Shown here: in pieces, positions 38,203-49,879 of the stretch
How positions within the stretch are numbered: the stretch's first letter is position 1
Layout: every line of letters starts with the position of its first letter
Source: Malacoraja senta
Taxonomy: Eukaryota
Length of the DNA: 64,000 bases
NCBI GenBank assembly: GCA_038087875.1
Contig: CM075988.1
Span: 8,248,001 to 8,312,000, forward strand
Direction of reading: 5' to 3'
The notes under the pieces: generated by a model
What the model was told of the DNA's origin: nothing
The model's input: only the letters and a program-made list of their open reading frames with translations
Databases searched by the model: none
Translations under genes and position numbers: made by a program

Positions 38203-39393
38203 TAAAGGTCGCGTACGTGGGACAGGCCTTTACTCAGCGGGACAGGCAGCAAAATAGACACAAAGTGCTGGAGTAACTCAACAGGTCAGGCAGCATCTCT
38301 GCAGAAAAAGGATGGGTGACATTTTGGGTCGGAACAGTTCTTCAGACTGAAAGTAAGGGGGGGGGGGAAGGGGAGAGAAACTGGAGTTAGGAAAAGGGCA
38401 GAACAATTCAGGACCAGCAGTAGATGACCAAAGAAGGGTGAGCCCATAATGCTTGTAAATACTTGAGCCAGTGTTTGTTAGGTCAGTAAATTTGCAGAGA
38501 CTTGAGAAATGAGAGAACGGTGAGGAAATGGGCCCACGACTGAGTGGAGAGTGAGATACTTGTCAAAAGAGCCATTAGGGATTGGCTCACACATGAACAA
38601 ATTAGCAGGAATAATTAATCAGCAGCTGCAACAGCCGGCAATCCAACTTTCAAAGATTACCAGCAGCCTCTAATCACACACTCAGAACTAAACAAGGACA
38701 ATGAACTCGATGAAAGCTGTGTCATTTAGCAGCACAAACATTTCCTCTGCTTTCTCCCAATTACCGCTGTGACTTTCAAGTGAATGGGAAAAATGAAAGC
38801 AACTCCACATAAAAAAACATGCAGAACAATGTTCTATCATTGAAGAGTATTCAGATTAACGGCCTGTTTTCCTTCAGAAAAAAAATAGACTCTCCCATGT
38901 GGGTGAATCAGGCATCTTTTACAACAGGAGAATCACCAGCTGGATGAGGCTTATGGTTTGACAGTTAATGTGTAAATAGTCCTAGTCACACAGCACAGAA
39001 ACGGGCCATTTGGTCCACTGTGTCTGTGCCAACCATCAATCATCCATTTGCACGAATCCTATATTAATTGCTCTTTTATTCTCCCCATATTCTCATCAAC
39101 TCCCCCCTGAGATTATACCACCCATCCACACGCTGGGGGGCTATTTGCAGTGATCAATCCACCTGCCAAGCTGCACATCTCTCAGCTGTGGGAGGAAACT
39201 GGAGGCTAACCCAGACAGGTCACCGGGGAACATGCAAACGCCACACAGGCAGCACCTGAGGTCAGGACTGAACCCAGATCTCTGGCGCTGTGAGAGAGCA
39301 GCTCCACTAGCTGCGTCACGCACATCTCACTGAAAATGTAACATTTCAATGGTTCAATGGTACTTTATTGCCACGTGTAGCTAGGTACAGTGA

Positions 39394-39620
39394 AGATAGA
39401 CACAAAATGCTGGAGTAACTCAGCGGGAGAGGCAGCATCTCTGGAGAGAAGGAATGGTTGACGTTTCGGGTCGAGATCCTTCTGCAGGCAGAAGAAGGGT
39501 CTCGACCCGAAACATCACCCATTCCTCCCCTCCAGTGATGCTGCCAGTCCCGCTGGGTTTCTCCAGCATTTTGTATCTATCTTCGGTTTAAACCAGCATC
39601 TGCAGTTTCTGCCTACACAT
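39394..39620. mobile_element. Inverted pair of Penelope-derived hammerhead repeats
   Basis: gacgtttcgggtcgagatccttct ... agaagggtctcgacccgaaacatc with both flanking arms. Confidence 0.75.
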
Positions 39621-40142
39621 TTCCTAGGTACAATGAAATTCATTTTTACAGTTCAGTTACAGTTATACTTTGGATTTCCTTTATACATTGTAGTAAACAT
39701 CTTACTATACATAAGCACAATCTCACTTAAATACAAGAGTCGAGTGCCAAGAGTGTTTTATTGTCATATGTCCTGAAACGGAACAATGAAATTCTTACAC
39801 TAATAGCGCAAAGTCAAAAATAATACCCCCAAGCCTATATAGTTCGGAGTGTATTAAGGGATTGTAGTGTTTAATAACCTGATGGTTGTAGGGAAGAAGC
39901 TGCTCCAAAACCTGGACGTTAGTTTTCTGGGTCCTATACCTTCTTCCCGATGGAAGGAGTGAAACAAGATCATGGTCAGGGGGGTGTGGGTCCCTGATGA
40001 TGCTGGCAGCCTTTTTGAGGCAGCGCTCTTGTAGGCAGATCTTGTAAATCTTGTGGTGTAAGAAAGGTGGATTACACTCAGGCAACACGCAAGAGGCGCC
40101 ACGTTTCCAGAGCCAATTTGATCCTTCAAAATCAGCAGAGTA

Positions 40143-40471
40143 AGGCCCTGTCCCACTTTCCCGAGTTACTCACGAACTCTCCCGAGTTTTCCCCTTGATT
40201 CGAACTCGGAGAATTACGGTAATAGCCGTTCGTAGGTACTCGGGGCTATTTTTTTAACTCGTGGACATTTTTCAACATGTTGAAAAAACGTCCCGACTTA
40301 CCTGACGCCCTGAGTTCCTACGGCTGGCATTACGAGCCGCTACGAAACATCTACGAACTCCATCGGGCTCCTACGAGCTCGCTACTGACATTACCCGACA
40401 TTCCCCAAGTTCGAATCAAGGGGAAAACTCGGGAGAGTTCGTGAGTAACTCGGGAAAGTGGGACAGGGACT
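40143..40471. mobile_element. PIF/Harbinger-like MITE family B
   Basis: ~64-bp TIRs AGGCCCTGTCCCACTTTCCCGAGTTACTCACG... with one mismatch; flanks GTA/TAA; central TTTTTCAACATGTTGAAAAA. Confidence 0.8.
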
Positions 40472-40809
40472 TAAAGAAACTTTGTAAAGAATAACTTTAT
40501 GCCATGCGTGAAAAGTGTATGGTATCCCTATGAGACTTTTATTCCCAGTGAAGACTCCTTTTTGGCACAATCATATTGTTTGGATTGCTCAAGAGAGAAT
40601 AGTGCTGAACCAAACATGCTCAGGACTACTACACCTCCATTAATACTAATCAATGTGCTGAAATCCTCACCAACTATACTCTCTATCCCTTGTAACCCAC
40701 TCCTTCCCCTCACCATAACTAAGTTTGCATGACGCAATTCTTTTGCACACTCTTGCTGCTTAACTATTTCGTTGCTGGTGTTTTCTATTGCATCAGCCTT
40801 GCATACCAT

Positions 40810-41180
40810 GGGTTTAATGGCACAGCGGTTAAGATACTGGAATAGCAGCCATACTTCTGGACGACTGATCCAGAAACATGAGTTCGAATCCCACCGTGGA
40901 ATTTAAATTCAAGTAATTAAATGAAATTTAAAAAAGCTTGAGCTACAAAATAAAAAGAGCTATTTTCTGTAATGGCGACCATAAAACCATGTAAATGTTG
41001 CCAAAACCCATTCTGTTCAGAAATGTCTGAATAAGGAATCTGCTGTCCTCGCCCAATCTGGCCAACTGGAACTGCAGCCCCACACAATGCAGCAAAGCCT
41101 TAAGTGCTCTCTTAGGTGCAATTCAGGTTGGATAGTAAACACTGACCAGTGATCCCCATATCTTGTCAACAAATAAATTA
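40810..41180 (+). mobile_element. Older tRNA-derived SINE of a different family
   Basis: tggcacagcggttaag (A box), gagttcgaatccc (B box), body gaatttaaattc...gaccat...ggaatctgctgtcct. Confidence 0.5.
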
Positions 41181-41723
41181 AGTGTACACAACTTGGAGTT
41201 TAATGAGAATGGACTTTGCCTTTTTGTCTAATGAGGACAGGATTTCATTACACAGTATGTGTTAGCGTCTGGAATGCAGCACCTGCGGCAGTATTGGGAG
41301 TATTTCAATGTCAGAAGCGAGTCTGATATGTATCTGAAGGGAAATAATGTCAGAGCCATGGGTTAGTGAGTGAGACTGCCTGTATAAACTGGATCGAGAG
41401 CCATCACTGGCCTGATCAGCTGAACTGCCACATAATCCAAGATAACTTCCACAAATCTGTGATTGTAAGTTATAGGAATGTGGATCTTCTACATGGACCA
41501 GTCGAGACAAATAGCATGCTAAAGCTACATTTGGAAATGAGGTAGAAGTGAATCGAAGGGGATGTTAACTGGATGATCAAAAGTAAGATGAAAGGAAGCT
41601 TGTGTCGAACAAAGTATTTCATGTGCTGGGCTAAAGGGACAGTTTCTGTTCTGTATGGTTTGGTACATCCATCAATGGTTGAATTGGTCTCGGTTGAAAT
41701 GGTTCACTGTGTGGCAAAAGCTA

Positions 41724-41923
41724 NNNNNNNNNNNNNNNNNNNNNNNNNNNNNNNNNNNNNNNNNNNNNNNNNNNNNNNNNNNNNNNNNNNNNNNNNNNNN
41801 NNNNNNNNNNNNNNNNNNNNNNNNNNNNNNNNNNNNNNNNNNNNNNNNNNNNNNNNNNNNNNNNNNNNNNNNNNNNNNNNNNNNNNNNNNNNNNNNNNNN
41901 NNNNNNNNNNNNNNNNNNNNNNN
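41724..41923. other. Assembly gap (200 N)
   Basis: Run of 200 N; a fixed-size scaffold join, so the true distance is unknown. Confidence 0.99.
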
Positions 41924-42557
41924 AACTGCAGATGCTGGTTTATGGAGGAAAGAACTGCAGGTGCTGAGTCTGAAGAAGGGTTCTGACCGCAAACGTCACC
42001 TATTCTTTTTCTCCAGAGATGCGGCCTGACTCCTGAGTTACTTCAGCATTTTGAGTCAATCTTGTGAATGGTCACGGCTTTCAACACCTTGTGGCAGCAC
42101 TCTCTCAAGATCAGTCAACATTGATGATGAAGTCAACAACAGGAGAGCAGAAGGCAGCTCTACCTTTGGAAGACTAAGAAGTAAAGTGAGGGAATGAAGA
42201 GGAATCAGACCAAACACCAAGCTGAAGATATATCATGCTGTTGTCATACGCACGTTATTCTATGTCTGTGAAACATGGACAACGTAGAACAGACATTCAT
42301 AAGTTCATGAGTTCATAAGTTAGAGGAGCAGGATTAGGCCATTCAGCCCATCAAGTCTAGTCTGTCATTCAATCATGGCTGATCTATCTTTCCCTCTCAA
42401 CCTCATTCTCCTGCCTTCTCCCCATAACCCCTGACACTCTAACTAATCAAGAATCTGAATCTACTCACTAAAAATACCTGATGACCTGGCTTTCCATCTG
42501 AGGCAATGAATTCCACAGATTCACCACCCTCTAACTAAAGAAATTCCTCATCTTTTA

Positions 42558-43122
42558 CAGAAACATAGAAAATAGGTGCAGGAGGAGCCAGATTCATTGT
42601 GATCATGGCTGATCGTCCCCAATCAATAACCTGTGCCTGCCTTCTCCCCATATCTCTTGATTCCACTAGCCCCTAGAGTTCTATCTAACTCTCTCTTAAA
42701 TCCATCCAGTGACTTGGCCTCCACTGCCCTCTGTGGCAGGGAATTCCACAAATTCACAACTCTCTGGGTGAAAATTTGTTCTCACCTCATCTCACCAATG
42801 GCTTCCCCTTTATTCTAAGACTGTGGCCCCTGGTTCTGGACTCGCCCAACATTGGGAACATTTTCCCTGCATCTAGCTTGTCCAGTCCTTTTATAATTTT
42901 ATATGTTTCTATAAGATTCCCCCTCATCCTTCTAAACTCCAGTGAATACAAGCCTAGTCTTTTCAATCTTTCCTCATATGACAGTCCCGCCATCCCAGGG
43001 ATCAATCTTGTGAACCTACGCTGCACTGCTTCAATCACAAGGATGTCCTTCCTCAAATTAGGAGACCAAAACTGTACACAATACTCCAGATGTGGTCTCA
43101 CCAGAGCCCTATACAACTGCAG
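42558..43122 (-). mobile_element. CR1/HER1-type LINE 3' fragment
   Basis: ORF YRALVRPHLEYCVQFWSP...RLGLYSLEFRRMRGNLIETYKI...SRTRGHSL plus 3' tail. Confidence 0.9.
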
Positions 43123-43139
43123 AAGTATGTTAGTTTATT

Positions 43140-43420
43140 CTGAGTCTATGGCCTCGTTCCTAGACTCTCCCACTCGTGGAAACATCCTCGCCACATCCAC
43201 TCTATCTAGGTCTTTCACTATTTGGTAAGTTTCAATGAGGTCCCCCCTCATCTTTCTAAACTCCAGTGAGTACAGGCCCAGTGCTGACAAATGCTCATCA
43301 TATGTTAACCCACTCATTCCTGGAATAATTCTCGTAAACCACCTCTGGACCCTCTCCAACGCCAGCACATCCATCCCTGGATGTGGGTTCCAAAACTGCT
43401 CACAATACTCCAAATGCCTC
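43140..43420 (-). mobile_element. Second CR1-type ORF2 fragment (different subfamily)
   Basis: HLEYCEQFW...LERVQRWFTRIIPG...GLYSLEFRKMRGDLIETY. Confidence 0.85.
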
Positions 43421-43564
43421 CTTAATCGCTTCCACATAACCTCCACGTGCAGGTTACTTCATAGCAGGTAGCAAGACAAGGATCCAGACACAAAGATTCA
43501 GTGCCAGACAAACCTCCCAGCATCTACACATTGCTGAAAGAATCATATATCAGGATTGTTTTCT

Positions 43565-43936
43565 CAGGAGCATTGGAGGCTGAGGGGAGACCTGATAGAA
43601 GTATATAAAATCATGGGGGGAATAGATGGAGAAGATAGTCAGAGTTTTGTTTTCCCCCAGGGTGGAAATGTAAAAGACTAGAAGGCAAACCTTTTAAAGT
43701 CAGATGGGAAAAATGTAAAGAAAATATTTGCAGCAAGTTTTTCACATTTAGATTGGTGGGTACCTGGAACGTGCTGCTGGGGTGGTGGAGGAGGCAGAGA
43801 GGATAGTGACATTTAAGAGTATTTTGGATAGGCACATGGATATGCTGGGAATGAAGGTATACGGGCAGGCAGAGACTGTTAGGATGATGCTCGGCATGGA
43901 CATTGTGGGTTGAAGGGTCTATTCCTGTTCTATGTT
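43565..43936 (+). mobile_element. CR1-type LINE 3' fragment
   Basis: ggaggctgaggggagacctgatagaagtatataaaatcatg...gaagggtctattcctgttctatgtt. Confidence 0.7.
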
Positions 43937-44663
43937 CGATGACACATCAGAAGAATGTCGGATGACAGAGTACAAAGCAGCCACTCTGTTGAGAGCTGAG
44001 CTGCCCAAGAACAATTGATCAGATCGTGGTTAGAAAAAGTGATTCACAGACTCTCTCAGAACATCCCTGAGTAGTTTCATCACTGACACACACAAATGGG
44101 GACAACAAGCATTGGTCTGTAGAAGGGTCCCAACCCGAAACGCCACCTAATCATTTTCTCCAGAGGTGCTACCTGAGCCGCTGAGTTAGTTCAGCGTTTT
44201 GTGTCTATCTTTGTATAATCCAGCATCTCCAGTTCCTTTTAATTACATTATAAGCTTTGGGTCATCCTGTTGAATTGAGTTGAGTTTTGTTTATTGTCAT
44301 GTGTGAAAAGTTGTACAGTGAAATGTGTTTGTGCTGACCAGTCTGCAGAAAGACAACACATGATTAGTGTGTGTCCTGTGCATGTCCTGTTTGGCACTAC
44401 TGCATAAAAAAAACAGCGCTCGCTCATATGAGGAAGCTCCAATGGAGGAAGCAAAGAGGAAAAGAGAATCTCGAAAATAAAGAACTGCTGATGCTCCATC
44501 ATCCTTAGACATCCATCAACTGTGTGCAAGGAACTTTCAAGCCCAGATTAGTGTATCAGCCACCTCCATACACATTACAAAACCCTAGACTCGATGACAT
44601 GGTCTTATTCAAGCACGAGTGACAAATAACAAAGATTTACACCCAACAACTCACGGCTAACAA

Positions 44664-46771
44664 TGTTAATATTGGCTAAATTAAGGACACCATAAAATGG
44701 AGGATCCCTGCACTTGTCAGAATTGCTTAACCCTTGTCAGCTGAACTTTACAGACTTTGATTGGCGCCAGCCAGTCTAGGCTCAGACTGATATACCGGCT
44801 GGTAAGGGGTCCAGGTGTTCTCCATGTTTCTCTTAAATTGATAACATATATAGTGGTTTTGCAAACTAACCTTAAATGCATCGTTTCTATTGGGCCGCTG
44901 CAAAAGCATTGTAAAACAGTATACATAATGTTGCTAGACGGTCATCTTGTTAATTGATGATTGGTCGAACTGTTGAGCCTTGGAGAAATTGTTTGATTTG
45001 CAGGGCACATGTTTCAATGTTTGTTCTTGTTAGCTTCCTTCGAGAGCTTTCTTTCTTATACAATGTATGAGCTGCTGTATTATTGGGTTAGGGAAATGCC
45101 TGTTATGTATGGGGTTAATCGATATCTGTAATTGGGTTATTGAGATAGATAGATAGATAGAAACTTTATTTGCCACACGACCAGGGTTGGTGGTAATTGG
45201 GTTCGGTACATGATGGTACACTGCTTTAGCACATTAACACTAATAACAACACAGATCATAATAATAAAGCACATCACAAATCACAAATCTCACCAACAAT
45301 ACATAGTGCAAAAGAACAGACAAAAACCATAGACAGGACACTGTATACATCAAAGTCAAAAAGTTATTGGAGGGAATTAAGTGTTCTTATTGCTGAGGGG
45401 AAGAAACTGTTTTTAAAACGGGTGGATTTTGTAGCAAGTGACCTAAGGCGCCTCCCTGAAGGGAGAGACTGGAAAAGGTGGTTTGCTGGATGGGAGGGGT
45501 CCGAGATGATCTTTGTTGCCCGTTTTGAGGTACGTTGGAGGTAAATGGAATGGATTGAGGGGAGGGAAGAGTTGATGATCCTAGAGGCCTTGGAGACAAT
45601 GCGCTGTATTCTGTGTAGTGAATGACTGTCAGTGTTTCCGTACCAGACTGTGATTGAGGAAGTGATGATCCTTTCAATGATGGATTGATAGAAGCGGACC
45701 AGGAGGTGTTTGTGGACTCTGAACTTTTTGAGCTGTCTGAGGAAGTATAGGCGTTGTTGTCCTTTCTTAATGATGTGGTCAGCATTGATGTGCCATTTTA
45801 GATTATTGCAGATATAGGTGCCCAGAAACTTAAATAAGTTCGTGGAGGTTATGGGATGGAAGTTGACATGGACCGGGGGTTTGAGGTTTTGTTTGCGTCT
45901 GAAATCTATGATGGTTTCTAAGGTTTTTGAGGTGTTAAGCTGGAGGTTGTTTTCTGCGCACCATTTGACTGCGCTGTCCACTGTTTGATGGTATTGTGAT
46001 TCATTGTTGTCTGAGATGAGGCCAATTATTGTCGTGTCGTCTGCATATTTGAAAATTTTAACTGAGCTGCATTGGGATGTGAGGTTGTTGGTGTAAAGTG
46101 AGAAGAGCTGAGGTGACAGAACGCACCCTTGAGGGGCTCCTGTATTGAGAGTCAGAGGGCTGGAGAGTTTTTCACCCACCTTGACTCTTTGTTGTCTGTT
46201 TGTCAGAAAATGTACAATCCAATGGCACATGGCTAGGTGAATGCCCATGTCCAACAGTTTATTGTAGAGTTTAATTGGGTGTATAGTATTAAAGGCCGAG
46301 CTAAAATCTATAAACAGGATGCGTGCATAAGTGTTCGGTGATTCCAAATGATGTAGGGAGTAGTGAAGAGCTAGGTTGATAGCATCCTCCACAGACCGGT
46401 TGGTGCTGTATGCAAATTGAAAAGGGTCCATGATGGGGACAGTGTATGTTTTCAGATGGGTGAGGGACCACCCCCATGTGGTTCGGCCCCTCGAGGGCCC
46501 GGGACATATAAAAGTCCACGGTCACGAGCTCAGCGTCGATCTTCTGGAAGAACGCTTGGGACTGCGTGAACTTCTAGAGTGTCTCTGTCTGAGCGAGGCC
46601 TAGAGGGCTTGAACAGGCAGACACGAGGATGGAACCCGCGGTGGGATCGATACATTGGTTGAACTTTGACGCGCTTTTGGTAAAATAAAATGTAGTTGTT
46701 TCAAGTGCTTTATTTAGTGTTTTTACTGAAACTAGACTGAGGGGAAGCTTAGAAACGAGCAATTATCAACA
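44664..46771 (+). mobile_element. Probable solo LTR, split by the Rex1 LINE
   Basis: Starts TGTTAATA, ends TATCAACA. Left part has AAAATGGAG and several ATTGG boxes. Right part has TATAAAAG (~46508) and AATAAA (~46684). Imperfect 4-bp TSD ACAA/ACAT. Confidence 0.5.
45143..46468 (-). mobile_element. Young 5'-truncated Rex1/Babar-type LINE with uninterrupted RT ORF (45364-46431)
   Basis: DPFQFAY..RSVEDA..ILFIDFSSAFNTI..GAPQGCVLSPQLFSLYTN..FKYADDTTIIGLI; open for 355 aa; 3' UTR ending in AATAAA and a (CTAT)n tail. Confidence 0.9.
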
Positions 46772-47059
46772 ACATGGTGACCATATAAAAGTCAGCAGCA
46801 GTGAACAGACTTATGAAGGAGCGAAATTACACCCATGAAAGAAGTTAATACCAAAGTCCAGTTTCAGACAATTTCAGATGTAGTTAAACATTGCAATGTG
46901 CTCAACAATTGTACACTACTGTGACCTCATATATTACTTATGAATAAAACCTAGACATTCAAGGCAGGAGAATCAATTCTGTACATCTCTGATTGACACC
47001 CTAGAGGAAGGATGTGTGGCAGCAGCAAGAATGCAGAGCAGATTCACCAGAGTGTTGGG

Positions 47060-47222
47060 GAAACAAGGGACTGCAAATGCTGGTTTACCAAAACAAAAAG
47101 TGACATTTTGGGTCAGGACCTTTCTTCAGTCTGAAGAGGGTCCCGACCTGAGACGTCACCTCTCCATGTTCTTCAGAGATGCTGCCTGACCTGCCGAGTT
47201 ACTCCAGCACTTTGTGTCTTTT
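47060..47222. mobile_element. Inverted Penelope-derived repeat inserted in a CR1 fragment
   Basis: gactgcaaatgctggttt...gggtcaggacc / gtctgaagagggtcccgacc...gagttactccagcactttgtgtct. Confidence 0.65.
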
Positions 47223-48059
47223 TTCACTGAGGTGTTGCCTGGAATAGAAGGCTGTGGTTATAAGGTGAGAGTGGACAGGCTGGGTTTATTCCTATTAGAA
47301 TGTAGGGGGCCGAGGGGTAATCTTATAGAGGTTTATAAAACTATGAGGTGGATAGATAGAATCATTATCCCAGACCATGGAGCCTAGAAATAGTGGACTG
47401 GTTTAAAGTGACATGGGAGAAATTCAAAGGAGATCTGAGTGGTACTTTTTTCAGACAGATGGTGGTGGCTACCTAGTTCAGTTTAGTTTATTGTCTTATG
47501 TATCAAGCAAGGTACAGGGAAAAACATTTGTGTGCTCTGCAGTCAGTGGAAAGTGATCTGAAATGAGCTGCCAGAGAAGGTTTTGAAGACAGATACAATT
47601 ACAATGCTCAAAAGGCATGAGGACAGATATTAGACAGGAAAAGCATAGAGGGATCCAGGCAAAAGGGATTGGCAGAGTTATGCATCATGGTCAGTTTGGA
47701 CAAGGTGGGCCAAAAGAGTCCGTTCAGTGCTGCATGATTCTTTGATTCCATTAAATTCATGGAATATGTCGTGACAATATAGCATCACAGAGGTGAAATA
47801 GCTTATGCAAATAGATTAGTGATGTAAATTATTAATTATAAGTATGATATTAATAGCTTTTTGATAATCAAAGTATTAAGGAATAAGTGGATGAAATAAG
47901 TAAATAGACTTTGAGCACAAAGCAGCAATGATCTCACTGAAAGACAGAGATAGCTCTGTGGGCTAAATACCTTTATGAATCAAAGATAATGCCCCTGAAT
48001 GCGATGGAGGGCAGTTGTGATATAACAATGTCAGACAATATGGCGCTCTCCTTTTTAGG

Positions 48060-49380
48060 TGGTCACTTAAGGACAGGAAATACTTGCTTCCATTCAATTT
48101 ATATGTTTGTCTGTGCTAGTTGTAAACTCTATTAAGTGGGACAAGAGATGCTTACTGGGGTAGAAGTGGGTAGACAGGGAGGTAGCTACATTCCTTCTGC
48201 TATTTACTCTGGTCTATGGGCTCTGAATGAATGGACATTATTGCCGTCCTTAATGCTTCTTCTCAAGGGATGGTCCTGGGACGGAGATTCCCAGAAGGTA
48301 ATTGGGATGTTGCACTTTTTCGAGAACACTTTAAACATTCTTGAATTATTTTCTTGGTCTACCACTTTCCATGAAGGAACTCTGTGTTTTTGAAGCCCGG
48401 TGTCGGTCACGCAAAATGTGTAGCCTGTCCATTGGAGCAACTAAGTGAAATAACCTCCTTAAGCTTGGGATAGGACGCTGACTGTGGTTTTTTCATCTGC
48501 TAGTAGATTTGAATGATTTACAGAGGCAGAGTTGGTGAAATCACTCCTTTGAGGTGGCTGCTGAAGCTTCTGCACAAAGACTAGTGATCACTGCTGTCCA
48601 GAAGACCATTGGTATTGATCTGGGTGTGAGGTCTTGATCTCCCAGCATGCTTCCTCGGATGGCCACGATGCAAGTCTATCCTTAGTGGAACATAGAAGGG
48701 TCTCTCTTGTGTCTATCACAGAAAAAGCCAATGCCAGGTCCTCCTCCTAAGGGCTGAAGACCTTCTCTTTACATTAATTTTGTCCATCAAGAGGTACAAA
48801 AGAACAATCTTCATCGCATGACAACTTCTGCTGGTGGACTGAAGACTTCACCAATTTCATCACGGGTATCTTCCTTCATTGATAATAGCAGTATTTTTTG
48901 GAAGTGGTCCACCAATATCTTTTGGAAGTGGTCCACCTTTTCCAGGATCTCTGAGTAGACCTTCACTGACTGAGGGCACAACAGTACCTGGTTATTGGAG
49001 GACCTTTATTATGTGGATGCTATACATTAGCCTCATTCACTCAATTGCATCAATGAATAAGGTGATGATAACTTGGAGCTTAGACTTTGAACGTATGTAT
49101 ATGTTGTCTACCTATGGTCACTCAAAGACTAAAGTTGGGGCGGTTTTCTGGAATGGAGGAAGGGTAGTTTGAACAACTTCCCTTTTGTCTCAATTCCAGG
49201 CAGAAGTTTATCAAAGATGAGGTGCAGTTCTGTAGCAAGAAAATAATGAAAGTAAGTGTTGGGGCAATTATGCAGCTTGTTTAATGCCAATTTACACTGT
49301 CTGGGTGTGTTATGGACTTTGGTTAAGATCACATCTTACATGTCATCATATTAGGAGACAAACTCAAGGTGTACATTTGT
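48060..49380 (-). mobile_element. Highly decayed LINE (RTE-like) remnant
   Basis: Fragmentary ORFs (e.g. 48204-48440 minus) and composition typical of old RT coding sequence. Confidence 0.3.
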
Positions 49381-49879
49381 GGCCAAATATGAGAAGCATG
49401 GCCCACAGTCCCTTTTGATTGATATAGGTACGTGCTATCAAAACAAGCCATGTATAGTGAAAGGTGTCAAATGATGAACATCATGTTCATGTATCTCTGA
49501 ATGTATAGAATCCACACTATTTATGGGACCATTTACTTGGCCACAGGGAAGAGCCTGTTAAAGAGAATTGAGTCAAAATGACCACCCCCCACCCCCTCAC
49601 CTGTTCACTTATTACCTGTCACACTTTGTCTTGCCCCTGCTCTCTTCCAGCTTTCTTCACCCCCCCCCCCCCAACAATAGGTCTGAAGGGTCCTAACCTG
49701 AAACGTCACCTATCCATGTTCTCCAGGGTCAGATGCTGCCTGACCCACTGAGTTACTCCAGCACTTTGCATCTTCAAAGAGAGTCAAGTGATGACTTTCC
49801 TGGTATCAAATACTGTCAGACCCCTCTATATTTGGATTCCTGAGAATAAAAGACACGGCTGTGATTTAAAAAAAACAAT

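Noticed and set aside
41573..42029. ORFs containing runs of X
   Set aside because: Artefacts of translating across the N gap
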